A stretch of 64,000 bases of DNA from positions 6,386,001 to 6,450,000 of the forward strand of contig OZ193910.1 in NCBI GenBank assembly GCA_964276515.1, read 5' to 3'. This document shows positions 63,478 to 64,000 of this stretch, in pieces. The stretch is from Gordius albopunctatus (Eukaryota). A program made the position numbers and the translations under genes. Positions within the stretch are counted from its first letter, which is position 1. Each line of letters begins with the position of its first letter. A model generated the notes under the pieces. The model searched no databases. It saw nothing but the letters and a program-made list of their open reading frames with translations, and was not told where the DNA came from.

Positions 63478-63596
63478 GGTTACGACCATATCTCGTTGAA
63501 AACACCGGTTCCCTTCCGAACACCGAAGTCAAGCAACGTTGAGCACGATTAGTACTTGGATGTGTGACCGCTTGGGAATCCCGGGTGTTGTAACCT
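63478..63596 (+). rRNA. 5S: 5S rRNA copy 13
   Basis: Same variants as copy 7. Confidence 0.9.
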
Positions 63597-64000
63597 TTTT
63601 AAATATTTTTTTGAATCCAGTTACGATCAGGGGCGATCCTTAGCACATAGGGGACGCCGTAGGAATACATTTGTGAATTAATTTTTAATTCTAGGCGCCA
63701 TTTTATAGGAGATTTAGGGATTTATGAGTATTTTGCGTCGGGCAGAATGCTAGGTGTCCGTCCTCAACGGAATTGGCGTATAGCGTGTGAAAGGGAGTGA
63801 GTAAACCGAGAACCCGATAATGAAACTGTTTCGAGCTGTATAATTACTACCAACAATCAAAAAGTTAAATATTCCACGTATTGCGTCATCGATTACGACA
63901 AAATACACACATTTCGATGCTCTCGCGTCAATTTTAAGTGATAAAATATTGGTGGGAAATAAAAAAGTAAGAATCTTGCCTGATTTATAAGCACAATTTT

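Larger units (their letters stand above)
56735..64000 (+). repeat. 5S rDNA tandem array, 536-538-bp unit, runs off the window end
   Basis: 13 complete 5S genes separated by about 418-bp spacers. The array begins with a partial spacer at about 56735. Confidence 0.98.

Noticed and set aside
56735..64000. CRISPR-like or satellite reading of the terminal array
   Set aside because: The spacers are near-identical rather than unique, and the repeat is a canonical eukaryotic 5S gene.

Overview
AT-rich animal genomic DNA with very short (35-50 nt) GT-AG introns. The 5S sequence resembles nematode 5S from memory, so a nematoid or other ecdysozoan worm is plausible, but this is inference. Two spliced genes can be assembled exon by exon: V-ATPase subunit C (minus, 7559-12079, 12 exons, 384 aa) and a Zasp52/ALP-Enigma-type PDZ-ZM-4xLIM gene (plus, 33715-50624, 14 exons, about 609 aa). 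There is also a candidate 85-aa single-pass membrane protein (minus, 19075-19332). Most of the rest is decayed, often nested transposons: hAT elements and MITEs with 8-bp TSDs, Ty3/gypsy remnants, a young non-autonomous LTR element with 792-bp LTRs, MULE, PIF/Harbinger, a DD34E IS630/Tc1-type element with about 320-bp TIRs, CRE-like LINEs, a Penelope-like fragment with a degenerate hammerhead, and Helitron/Helentron-like elements. The window ends in the edge of a 5S rDNA tandem array (13 genes, about 537-bp unit) that is unusually heterogeneous and shows a 3223-bp higher-order repeat. No clearly new biological system is demonstrated. The best leads are the 5S array architecture, the ORF inside the young LTR element, and a Helentron-like element carrying arrays of Pol III B-box motifs.
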